From positions 1-64,000 of the forward strand of contig NJBH01000003.1 in NCBI GenBank assembly GCA_005223125.1: a stretch of DNA of 64,000 nt, written 5' to 3'. The notes beneath the pieces were generated by a model that saw nothing but the letters and a program-made list of their open reading frames with translations, was not told the origin of the DNA and did not search any database. This DNA comes from Promethearchaeota archaeon Loki_b32. GTDB taxonomy: Archaea > Asgardarchaeota > Lokiarchaeia > Sigyniarchaeales > SOKP01. The position numbers were made by a program, and so were the translations under genes. Positions 39,585-49,288 of this stretch are shown here, piece after piece; position 1 is the first letter of the stretch; each line of letters begins with the position of its first letter.

Positions 39585-40865
39585 TTAGAGCAATTTAAAT
39601 AATTGTCTTAGTGTTAGACTCATGATATATTGCTGAATTTGTCTTGTACCTCCGCCAATTTCCTGAATTCTGGTTATGCCTAGTAAATCTTGCATTAATG
39701 TATTATCACACACACCAGCACCTCCCATAAGATTAGCACACTCATAAGCTGTTCTTTGAGCCAACTTAGCACTTATTGATTTCAGTTGGGCTGCTGTGGC
39801 CATTAAAGTTAAACTAAATTGTTTAGGGAGGGATCCAAATTGTTCCACTTTTTTATCTACCATTTGACATACGTTTAAAGTAGATAAAGTAAGATTCATA
39901 GTTTCTGCCCATAAATCTGCTAAAGGAAATCCAACCCCTTGAAATTTTAAAATCTCTTGATCAAATTGCTTTCTCATGTTAGCATAAATAACAGCATGAG
40001 TTATAGCATTCCAAGCTTCTGCCGCGTTTAGTATCACAATCCCTAATCGTTCCAAATTCAATCCTTCAAAAAGATATTCCCTTCCTTGACCTGGTTTACC
40101 TAAAACATACTCTGGAGGTACTTTTAAATTTGTGAAAGTTTCTTTACCAAGATGAATTCTTGGAGTCCATGGAATATTGATTCTTTCTGCTTTCCATCCA
40201 TCCCAAGATGTATCAACTAAAAATTGTCCCATAGTATTGCCACTATTCTTTTCAGTAACGGCATAAATTATTGCCCAATCTGCTTTAGGTCCATTTGTTT
40301 GGTAAATTTTTTCTCCGTTAAGAATATAACTTCCATCTTCTTGTTGATCACAAGTTGTTAACATATGAACTGCATCAGAACCTCTTTCAGGTTCGGTGAT
40401 ACAAATACATCCATTTTTCTGCCCTGTTACTAATTCTTTTAGCGCTTTTAAGCGAATATCAACATCTTCATGATGCACCAATAGAGGATTTATTGCTAAA
40501 ACATTAGCACCCATTCCCATTGTAAGTTGAGGGTCAAAAAAATCAGTAGCTAATGTTCTCATAAATTCAGCTGTTAATCCATACGGCTCAAAATTCATAT
40601 CAAGAACATCAAAATTATTTATTCGTGTAACTAAACCTTCTTTACCAATTTCAGGAATCCACTCATAAAAATCTTCATTATGAGTGATATTATTCCTCTT
40701 TTCAAAACCGATATAGAACTTTTGAGCTTTCTTAAGAAAATCTAAATGCTCCTTTTCCAAAAAAGACATCAAATTGTAATTCAAGAATTTATAACGATTC
40801 TTTAAAGAAAGCTTCTCAAGTATTTCATCATTAATACATTGAACTTCTCCTTTTTTGATAACCAT
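39585..40865 (-). CDS. Acyl-CoA dehydrogenase (isovaleryl-CoA-DH-like signature)
   Basis: ITEPERGSD, LNGEK..TNG, GLNLERL, RKQF..I..FQ, EIGGGT. Confidence 0.9.
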   Translation of the reverse strand: MVIKKGEVQCINDEILEKLSLKNRYKFLNYNLMSFLEKEHLDFLKKAQKFYIGFEKRNNITHNEDFYEWIPEIGKEGLVTRINNFDVLDMNFEPYGLTAEFMRTLATDFFDPQLTMGMGANVLAINPLLVHHEDVDIRLKALKELVTGQKNGCICITEPERGSDAVHMLTTCDQQEDGSYILNGEKIYQTNGPKADWAIIYAVTEKNSGNTMGQFLVDTSWDGWKAERINIPWTPRIHLGKETFTNLKVPPEYVLGKPGQGREYLFEGLNLERLGIVILNAAEAWNAITHAVIYANMRKQFDQEILKFQGVGFPLADLWAETMNLTLSTLNVCQMVDKKVEQFGSLPKQFSLTLMATAAQLKSISAKLAQRTAYECANLMGGAGVCDNTLMQDLLGITRIQEIGGGTRQIQQYIMSLTLRQLFKLL

Positions 40866-41046
40866 TTAACTCAACTCTAAAAATTTAAATTAATTTTTTT
40901 AGTAGTAATATTGCCCATATCTCTTAAAATTATTTAAAATGTCTGTAAAAATTAAAGAAAGGGAATCAGAGGTTTTTAAAATTATAAATACTACTAATCA
41001 CAATATTAATCATTATAAAAATTACAATCAAAAAAAATTTAAAATA

Positions 41047-41508
41047 ATGACTGAAAAAATAGTTGTTGCAAATAAAGGGTTAGTAAGAGCAGAATTTGCT
41101 TTTTGGGTTGGCCGATACATGGACAAGTTTTTTGATGCTTTTGAAAATAAGAAAATACTTGGAAATAAATGTCCTAAATGTGGAGATGTTTTTGTTCCAC
41201 CAAGAAAAATATGTGGAAAATGTAATATTATGATCCCTTTTGATCAAAATTGGGTAGATTTGCCAGATACTGGTACTTTAAAGAATTATACTATAACATA
41301 TTACAAAATAAATGATAGAGCCAGTCGAAAGGTTAAGAAACCTCAAATTATTGGGATGGTACAAATTGATGGGAGTAATACAGCAATAATTTACCGTCTA
41401 TTAGATATTGAACCAGAAGAAGTGAAGATAGAAATGAAAGTTAAAGTTGTATGGGAAGATAAAACTAAAGGCGACCCTTCAGATATTAAGGGTTTCGTAA
41501 AAATCTGA
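41047..41508 (+). CDS. DUF35 Zn-ribbon/OB-fold protein
   Basis: GNKCPKCG..PPRKICGKC; IDGS; MKVKVVW; likely start ATG 41047. Confidence 0.9.
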   Translation: MTEKIVVANKGLVRAEFAFWVGRYMDKFFDAFENKKILGNKCPKCGDVFVPPRKICGKCNIMIPFDQNWVDLPDTGTLKNYTITYYKINDRASRKVKKPQIIGMVQIDGSNTAIIYRLLDIEPEEVKIEMKVKVVWEDKTKGDPSDIKGFVKI

Positions 41509-41523
41509 GAGGTGATAAAATAG

Positions 41524-42666
41524 GTGCAAAAAGTAGGAATTGTAGGATTCTACCAAGTAAAATTACTTTCTGATGCAAATTATGGTCGTTATGAAATGAT
41601 CTTTGAAGCGGTAAGAGGAGCTCTTGATAAAGCAGGATTAAAGAAAAAGGATATAACAACGGTAATTTCATGTACAAATGATTATTATGATGGGAGAACT
41701 ATTTCTAATGCTTTTGCTGTTGAAGCAGGTGGTGCATACTTAGCAGATGAGTCAAAAGTAGAGATGGATGGTGCACACGCATTACTTTATGGGATGATGA
41801 GAATTTTATCTGGGAATCATAAATTAGCAGTGATTTGGGCAGGGAGTATGGCTTCATGTTTTCCATATCATTCAGCTAGATTATTTGAGACTGATCCAAT
41901 ATGGGAAAGACCTAGTGCTTATGTTAATGATATAACAGCAGCTGGGTTTCAGATGAGAGCTTATATGGAGAAATATGGGGTTAGTGTTGAAGAAATGGCC
42001 AAAGTAGTGGTCAAAAATAGAAGAAATGCATCCAAAAATTTATTAGCTTTAGAAGAAGCTCAAAATCCTAATTTAACAGTTAAAGATGTTTTAGACTCTG
42101 AAATTTATGCTGATCCGGTGACTGAACTTATGGTGGCTCAACCTTGTGATGGTATTGCAGCAATACTTTTAGCTCCAGAGAAACAAGCTTTAAAAATTAC
42201 TGATAAACCAGTATGGATTACTGGAGTAGGATATAATCAAGATGCTTATTATCTTGGCGATAAAGATTTATCAGAATCTAAATCAATGAGACTAGCAGCT
42301 AAAATGGCATACGAAGCTGCTGGAATTACAGATCCAATAAAAGAAATTAATGTTGCTGAAATATTTGAAGCATATGCTCATGAAGAATTAATCTTAAAGG
42401 AAGCTCTAGGATTTGCTGAAAAAGGAAAAGGAGCATTTTTGAATTCTGAAATTGATGGAGAGCTTCCAATTAATCCTTCTGGGGGTGCACTCGGAGGTAA
42501 TCCACCTTGTGGAACAGGATTAATTAGAATTATTGAAGCTACGAAACAAATTACAGGTGAAGCAAATGGATATCAAGTAGAAGGTGTTAAAAAAGCTCTA
42601 GCAACAGGGCAGATTGGTATGTGTGCCCAAAATAATATAGTATATATATTGGAGGGGGGGAATTAA
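41524..42666 (+). CDS. Ltp4-like thiolase-fold protein (no catalytic Cys/His)
   Basis: DYYDGR, ESKVEMDGAHA, EIFEAY, NPSGG; GAGGTGA upstream. Confidence 0.85.
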   Translation: MQKVGIVGFYQVKLLSDANYGRYEMIFEAVRGALDKAGLKKKDITTVISCTNDYYDGRTISNAFAVEAGGAYLADESKVEMDGAHALLYGMMRILSGNHKLAVIWAGSMASCFPYHSARLFETDPIWERPSAYVNDITAAGFQMRAYMEKYGVSVEEMAKVVVKNRRNASKNLLALEEAQNPNLTVKDVLDSEIYADPVTELMVAQPCDGIAAILLAPEKQALKITDKPVWITGVGYNQDAYYLGDKDLSESKSMRLAAKMAYEAAGITDPIKEINVAEIFEAYAHEELILKEALGFAEKGKGAFLNSEIDGELPINPSGGALGGNPPCGTGLIRIIEATKQITGEANGYQVEGVKKALATGQIGMCAQNNIVYILEGGN

Positions 42667-42667
42667 A

Positions 42668-43915
42668 ATGGGAAGACAAGTTTGTATCGCTAGCGCTGGA
42701 TTCAGCGAACATGCTTCAAAAAGATCTGATGTGAATATGCCAGAATTAGTCAGTGAAGCAATTGAAGATTGTTTAAAAAAAGTTCCAAGTGTCAGTGTAA
42801 ATGACATCGATGCTTTTGTTAATGGGAATATGCCTGCCTTTGAAGGTTCTAATATACCAGAATTATGGATGACTGATTGGATGGGAGCACGAAACAAACC
42901 ATTAATGAGAATTACAACTGGTGGAACAACGGGAGGATCAGTCGCTATTGGTGGATATTATACTGTAACAGCAGAATTACCAGGGATCGACACAGTTTTG
43001 GCAATAGCATTTGAACAACAATCCCAAGGGGACACTAGCACGGGCTTAGCTTCTGTTGCATATGGGGAAATATCAGTTCTAAACACTTTAGGCATTTCTT
43101 ATGAACAATTAACCCAATTATTATCTGCTGGCGCCGCAATTGGAGTTGCTTCTTACCAAGCTACTAATTATATGCGTAGAAGTAAAATTACGGAAGAAGA
43201 CTTAGCTAGAGTTGTTGTACAAAATAGACATAATGCTGCTAATACTTGGTGGGCTCATTTGAAAATGCCCGATCTAACAATCGCAGATGTATTAGAAACA
43301 CCATATATTTCATATCCTTTAAGATATGGTATGGTTTGTCCTGCGTCGGATGGAGCATGCGCCATGTTATTTACTACTGAAGAAAAAGCAAAAGATCTAT
43401 GCGATATACCTGTTTATGTAAATGGAGTAGGTAGTGTAGCTAATGAATCAGGAGTGCTAGGATATAATGGTAGTGGTGCTGGTCAATTAGATACTTCTGA
43501 ACAATTAGGAGCAATGAAATCTGCAGAACTTGCTTTTGGGCAGGCAGGCATTTCATTTCCAAGGAAAGAAATTGACTATGCTGAGGTTTATTCGCCTTTT
43601 CCAAACCAAGAACTAATGTGGATTGAAAGGTTAGGGTTGTTTGAGGAAAATACAGCTTCAGAAATGTATGAAACGGGTGTTACAGCTCTTAATGGAGAGT
43701 TACCAATAAATTGTTCTGGTGGAGTTAATTCAACTAACGCGATTGGAGCTTCAGCCATGGAAAGACCTGCAGTAGCAGCACTTCAGATTATGGGTAAAGC
43801 TAGTAATCAAGTACCAAAAACGGTACACACCGCTATTGGTCATGGATGGGGAGGTATTATAAATTTAATTACGATGATGGTGATGTCAAATAAACCTACA
43901 AGGAAAATTAAGTAA
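42668..43915 (+). CDS. Ltp3-like thiolase-fold aldolase
   Basis: RITTGGTTGGS, AEVYSPF..E..W.E.LG, TNAIGAS. Confidence 0.85.
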   Translation: MGRQVCIASAGFSEHASKRSDVNMPELVSEAIEDCLKKVPSVSVNDIDAFVNGNMPAFEGSNIPELWMTDWMGARNKPLMRITTGGTTGGSVAIGGYYTVTAELPGIDTVLAIAFEQQSQGDTSTGLASVAYGEISVLNTLGISYEQLTQLLSAGAAIGVASYQATNYMRRSKITEEDLARVVVQNRHNAANTWWAHLKMPDLTIADVLETPYISYPLRYGMVCPASDGACAMLFTTEEKAKDLCDIPVYVNGVGSVANESGVLGYNGSGAGQLDTSEQLGAMKSAELAFGQAGISFPRKEIDYAEVYSPFPNQELMWIERLGLFEENTASEMYETGVTALNGELPINCSGGVNSTNAIGASAMERPAVAALQIMGKASNQVPKTVHTAIGHGWGGIINLITMMVMSNKPTRKIK

Positions 43916-43932
43916 ATGGAGGTATTAAAAAA

Positions 43933-44463
43933 ATGTCGAAAAGAACTCAAAGAAAATCAATGGGTTATATTAAAAAAGATTATATAAGAACTCGAACAAT
44001 GCCAGGCAGCTGGTATCTTTCCAGTTATAGGTTTAAATTCAATATAACTCACTTTAAACCTTTTCAGGACAAATTAAAAGAGAGAAAATTAGTAGGTTTA
44101 CAGTGTTCGAGCTGTAATCGAGTTTTCTTTCCACCTAGACTTATCTGTGGTAAATGTTTTGTAAAACCAGATCGATGGGTGGATTTACGTGAAACAGGGA
44201 GAGTTGCTACATTTACTATAACATACTTGAAGGATCTGGAAACTGGAGAAGTATCAGAAAGACCCGTTGTATTAGTTCAACAAGATGGATCTGATACTAC
44301 ATATACTGCTCAATTAAGCCCTGATGTGGATTATAAGGATACATATATAGGAATGCCAGTTAAGGTCCACTGGGCCGAAGAACCTACAGGGGGCTTAATG
44401 GATATTCAATTTTATGATTTAGTTGAAGATAATTCAAAAGATTTAGAATTACGTAAAGATTAA
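43933..44463 (+). CDS. DUF35 Zn-ribbon/OB-fold protein
   Basis: GLQCSSC..PPRLICGKC; DGSD; IGMPVKVHW. Confidence 0.9.
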   Translation: MSKRTQRKSMGYIKKDYIRTRTMPGSWYLSSYRFKFNITHFKPFQDKLKERKLVGLQCSSCNRVFFPPRLICGKCFVKPDRWVDLRETGRVATFTITYLKDLETGEVSERPVVLVQQDGSDTTYTAQLSPDVDYKDTYIGMPVKVHWAEEPTGGLMDIQFYDLVEDNSKDLELRKD

Positions 44464-44518
44464 TTATTTTTTTTTTATTTTTTATAATTTACTCTTAGTA
44501 ATATTGAATATATCATTT

Positions 44519-45583
44519 TCAAGCACTTAGATAATTAGTTAATACATTGCTAATTTTTTCAATAGAATACTGTATATCATCTTCAAATATTCCATAATGA
44601 GTTACAAATCTAATTTTTTCTTTACTGATATTGAAAGCTAAAATCCCATCTTTTCCAAGCGTATTTACTATTTTAAATATACGTACATTTTTCTTAAGTT
44701 CAACAATTACAATATTTGTTTCTGGTTTATGTACATTTATAGGTAAATCATAAGATTCAATTCCTTCAGCAAGTAGTTTTGCGTTTTTATGATCTTCTTC
44801 GAGTCGGTCAATCCATTTTTGCTCAAGCGCTATTAATCCAAAAGATGCAATTATTCCAGCTTGACGCATGCCTCCACCAAGCATTTTTCGATATCTCCTA
44901 GCATTTGTGATAAATTCTTTTGATCCAGCAACAATTGATCCAACTGGACAAGATAATCCTTTAGATAGACAAAACATGACACTATCAATATGTCTGGTGA
45001 ATTCTGTAATCGGAACTTTAAGGCTTACTGCTGCATTAAATATTCTTGCTCCATCTAAATGTAATTTTAAATCATTCTTGTCTGAAAACTCCTTCATATC
45101 TTTAATTACTTCCGGTCGAATAATTACTCCTCCGTGATAATTGTGAGTATTTTCTACAGAAAAGAGAGTTGTAGGTGGTTCATGTATATCCTCTCTATCA
45201 CGAATTAGTTTTTGGAGTTGATCAAATGAAGGAACACCTTTATTCGAAGGATAAGTCCTAATCATTAATCCTCCAATACGAGCAGCACTACCTACCTCAT
45301 TTTTGTATATATGACTTAATTCTTCTAATAGAATCTCATCACCAGGATTAGTTTGTGAGAGTAATGAAACTAAATTTCCTTGTGTCCCAGAAGTAACAAA
45401 TAATGCTGCTTCTTTACCAATAACTTCAGCTGCTCTTTTTTCCAGTTTATTTACGGTGGGATCTTCTCCTTCAACATCATCTCCAATTTTGGAATCATCA
45501 AGTGATCTGAGCATCTCCCACATTTCTTCAGATGGCTTGGTAACAGTATCAGAACGAAAATCTACAATTTTCAATTTAATCAA
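44519..45583 (-). CDS. ltaE: Low-specificity L-threonine aldolase (copy A, intact)
   Basis: DFRSDTVT, GDD..EDPT, SGTQGN, ENTHN, HLDGAR, CLSKGL, GGGMRQAG. Confidence 0.95.
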   Translation of the reverse strand: MIKLKIVDFRSDTVTKPSEEMWEMLRSLDDSKIGDDVEGEDPTVNKLEKRAAEVIGKEAALFVTSGTQGNLVSLLSQTNPGDEILLEELSHIYKNEVGSAARIGGLMIRTYPSNKGVPSFDQLQKLIRDREDIHEPPTTLFSVENTHNYHGGVIIRPEVIKDMKEFSDKNDLKLHLDGARIFNAAVSLKVPITEFTRHIDSVMFCLSKGLSCPVGSIVAGSKEFITNARRYRKMLGGGMRQAGIIASFGLIALEQKWIDRLEEDHKNAKLLAEGIESYDLPINVHKPETNIVIVELKKNVRIFKIVNTLGKDGILAFNISKEKIRFVTHYGIFEDDIQYSIEKISNVLTNYLSA

Positions 45584-45845
45584 GACTTTATTTATTATAA
45601 GTTAAATCTCTATAATGTATCATAAAAATAAAAGAGTATGATAATAAGTGATATGATCAATAATTTGAAATTTCATTTTAGGACGCAAAACAGAAGTTCA
45701 AATTCAAAATTTCAATACCATAATCTTTTAATCGAAGAATCTCATTTAATCTAAAAAATTTGTCATCAAAGATTGAGATATCAAATTAATAGACGTAATT
45801 AAAAAAATAAAAAAAAATTTTAAATTTTATTTAAAGTTAAGTAAA

Positions 45846-46595
45846 TTACAAACCTGGAATTCCTGTTCGTTTGTGAACGATATCTAATCCTTTGGAAATA
45901 ATCGCAATTGTGACTAGAAAGATAATAGCGACAAGGATGTAGGTAGTTAGCGATATAGCCGTAACTGACACGATAGATTTCGCCTGAGCAAATAGTTCGG
46001 TGGCTCCAACTAAAGAAACAACGACAGTATATTTAGGAAGGTATGCTGCTTCATTAGACCACGAAGGAATGACACGGCGTAGTGTTTGTGGTAATACAAC
46101 ATGGCGAATACCAGCTAGACGAGACATGCCCAATGATTGGGCAGCCATTAACTGCCCAGTCCCTACCGACATAAAAGATCCACAGAAGTATTCAGCTTGA
46201 TAGGCTGCACTATTTAGACCTAGTGTGATTAGGGCGACTAAAGTTCGGTGATTTAGGAGGATGATAGTGATATCCTTATCTAGTATTTTGAAGCTAGTAT
46301 CTAATCCCTAGCTTCCCACTGGGATATTTAGGCTAACGTGAAGAAAATAAATGAATAATAATTACGCGAGCAAAGGTGTACCACGCATAAACTCAATATA
46401 CACGATAGCAATTCGTGAGAGAATCCAACCACCATACTGACGGAGAGTAGCTAGGATAAGACCAAGAAAAAAGCCCATCATAAGCGCCCATGCATACAAC
46501 CACATCGTCAATAAAAAACCTGAGAAGATATGATCACAGTATTCTAGGACAGTAAGAAGTTCGGCTATGGGATTAGTAGTACCTTGAAATATCAT
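45846..46595 (-). pseudogene. Polar amino-acid ABC permease, copy A, with two in-frame stops
   Basis: Same length (750 nt) as the paralogue at 54893-55642. TAA at 46362-46364 replaces Gln and TAG at 46308-46310 replaces Trp; no frameshift. Confidence 0.9.
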
Positions 46596-47320
46596 TTACT
46601 TTCCTCCTCATATGATTGCTTTAAAAGCTCTTCATGGCTTCCATATAATATCTGAAGCTGTTTGAGAAATTTTTTTACTCGATCAGACTTAGGCGAGGTG
46701 AAGAAATGTTTAGGAGTTCCCTGTTCTAAGATAACTCCATCACCGAGAAAAATCATTTCTGATGCAACAGCTCTCGCGAAACCCATTTCGTGAGTGACAA
46801 CTATCATTGTAGTACCTGCTTTAGCAATATCCAACATCACTTGGAGTACTTCGCCAATCAGTTCAGGATCTAAAGCAGAAGTAGGCTCGTCAAACAAGAT
46901 TACATCTGGCTCCATGGCCAAAGCACGTGCAATACCTACACGTTGTTGTTGTCCACCAGATAGTTCTGCAGGATAGTGATCAGCCCATTGCTCCATTTTA
47001 ACTTGTTGCAATGCCTCTAGTGCCTTTGCGCGAGCTTCTTCCTTTAAAAGACCTTTCACCCGGCGAAGCCCTATACTAACATTATCTATCGCTTTGAGAT
47101 GAGAAAATAGATTAAAAGTTTGGAATACCATGCCGATCCTTGCTCGTATCGTATTAAGATTTATTCCAGATGCCATAAAATTCTGTCCACGAAGATATAC
47201 TTCACCCTTATCTGGTGGGCTTAGCATATTGATGCAACGAAGTAGTGTACTTTTACCAGAACCACTTGGCCCAAATATTACCTTGACTTCTCGCTCTGCT
47301 ACTTCGAGTGAAACACCCTT
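46592..47320 (-). pseudogene. Polar amino-acid ABC ATPase, copy A, 5'-truncated
   Basis: [32 protein letters not shown]. Similarity to copy B ends at TTAA 47319-47322, and there is no start codon before the upstream in-frame stop. Confidence 0.85.
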
Positions 47321-47322
47321 AA

Positions 47323-47897
47323 TAAATCCGGAGCAATTCCAAGATAAAGATTTAATGGTATTTCCCTGTTTAGTGTCACATTCAAAATTTTCTCAGAGGG
47401 GAATTGGGAAACAATTAATTGAAGCAGCAGAGAAAGAAACTTTCAATCAAAAGCGAAAGGGAATTGCAACGATTGGTTATTTTTGGGATTTTTGGTTTAT
47501 GCCTGCAAAGTATTTTTTAAACCTTGGTTTTAAAGTCATGGTAAGGAGGGGTGAAGAAACAATATTATAGAAACAGTTTGATCAAACTGCAGAACCACCT
47601 ACATTTAGGGAAGAAAACTATAAATTTAAACCCATTAAAGGAAAAGTGGTAATAGATCTATTTTGGAGTACTTTCTGTTTAACCAGTGATGTTGAAGCCC
47701 AAAGAGTTCGAGAAATAGTCTCAGAATATGGAGGTACTGTGATTTCAAATGAATATTCTGCTGATAATCAATCAATTTTACAACAATATGGTATTTCTCG
47801 AAGAATCTATGTGAATGGTAAAATAGTTGAAGTGAGTCCAGAAATAGAAAAAGAAGAGCTTAGACAAGAAATTGAAAATGCTAAAATAAAGATTTAG
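47323..47897 (+). pseudogene. GNAT (+ thioredoxin-like C-terminus) gene remnant, 5'-truncated, internal TAG
   Basis: [24 protein letters not shown]; TAG 47568-47570 is in frame with the downstream KQFD..VIDLFWSTFC ORF. Confidence 0.75.
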
Positions 47898-49030
47898 CTT
47901 TGCGAATTTTTTAACTCCATAATTAATTCATGTATGCGACTAAGTGCTTGGGTAAGGTAATCTTGCGGCAGTCCAAAACCAATCCGAAGGAACTTGTCCA
48001 TACCGAAAAAATCCCCTGGTATAATGAGTACATTCTTTTCCTTTCGCAAACGCTCTGCAAATTCAGTAGAATTGATATCTAAGTGATAACGTAAGAAAAG
48101 GATTGCAGCTGCTTGTGGAGGTATAAAACTGAATGTATTTTTGTGGTTATCCATCCATGATTGTAAAACCAGATATCCATTACGAATGAACTTACGAGTA
48201 CGCTTGATAATGCGCGGTCTTACTTTAGGGGACAAGGCGATCGCAGCGAGTTTGTTTGATAACATCGTGGCACTGATTGTAGTATACTCGTGTCGTGCCC
48301 AAATATTATCTATAGTATCAATAGGACCGAGTACCCAGCCAATACGAAGTCCAGGTAAACCATATGCTTTACTCATACTACCCACCGCTAGTACTTTGTC
48401 GTATCGTCCATAAAATGAAGGAGTTTGATCGTTTATCAAACGTTCAGTACCATTATAGACTTCATCGGCCAAAATCCATGCACCAACTCGTTCTGCTGCA
48501 TTAACAATAGCATCCATTTCATTCTCAGTAAGGATATAACCAGTAGGGTTATTAGGATTACATACGGCGATGAGTTTGGTATTTTTTGTCACTTTTTCTT
48601 GTAATTCATCTAAGTCAGGTGCCCAACCATTTTCCTCGAGTAGATGGAGTGTTCTTAACCTAAAATTATTGTTCTTGGCAATACCCCAAATTTGCATGTA
48701 ATTTGGTAGCATCATGACGATTTCATCACCAGCAGCAAGTAAAGTACGGATAGCATTATAATTGGCTTCAATTGCCCCTACCGTAACCAAAACATTGTCC
48801 GCCGTAGCACCATCATATAACACAGCAATATTTTCCCTTAGTTCGGGGATGCCATTAACATGTGGATAATTCAGATCAGTAGCAAGAAGATGATTGATAT
48901 AATCTGGATCATCTGAAAGTAATTCGCTGAGCGACATTGGATGAACACTACTTTCGGTCAGGTTGAACTCAACATCCTGCTCAAACTTGGACATCCAGCG
49001 TTCTTTAGCAAAGGGTTGAAATTTTTGCAT
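47894..49030 (-). CDS. Class I/II PLP aminotransferase
   Basis: CNPNNPTG, ADEVY, SMSKAYGLPGLRIGW. Confidence 0.92.
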   Translation of the reverse strand: MQKFQPFAKERWMSKFEQDVEFNLTESSVHPMSLSELLSDDPDYINHLLATDLNYPHVNGIPELRENIAVLYDGATADNVLVTVGAIEANYNAIRTLLAAGDEIVMMLPNYMQIWGIAKNNNFRLRTLHLLEENGWAPDLDELQEKVTKNTKLIAVCNPNNPTGYILTENEMDAIVNAAERVGAWILADEVYNGTERLINDQTPSFYGRYDKVLAVGSMSKAYGLPGLRIGWVLGPIDTIDNIWARHEYTTISATMLSNKLAAIALSPKVRPRIIKRTRKFIRNGYLVLQSWMDNHKNTFSFIPPQAAAILFLRYHLDINSTEFAERLRKEKNVLIIPGDFFGMDKFLRIGFGLPQDYLTQALSRIHELIMELKNSQS

Positions 49031-49288
49031 TTTATTGTTTTACTATTTGGAATTAATTTAAAAGAGTATTAAATCTATTTTAAATCTTCTTTGATCTATT
49101 ATTTTTCTTAATCAATTGTACAATTATTCTATTTGATAAATCGAAGTATGTCTCTAGGTTACCTTAAATCAAAATTTCAATTAAGAATTTCAATATTATT
49201 CTAATATATCTATATATAGATTTTCGATCAATTCTTTAAAATCTTGAATTTAATGTTTAACAGAAGTTTTGTTTCCATCAGAAAAATA

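Noticed and set aside
46308-47570. In-frame TAG codons in the permease and GNAT remnants as pyrrolysine/amber readthrough
   Set aside because: Both fit TGG>TAG transitions. The permease also has a TAA and the GNAT is 5'-truncated, and no pyl genes are in the window, so ordinary decay is the simpler explanation.
47130-47570. 146-aa + strand ORF as a real gene
   Set aside because: It is a chimera of ABC ATPase antisense sequence and the GNAT remnant across the junction.
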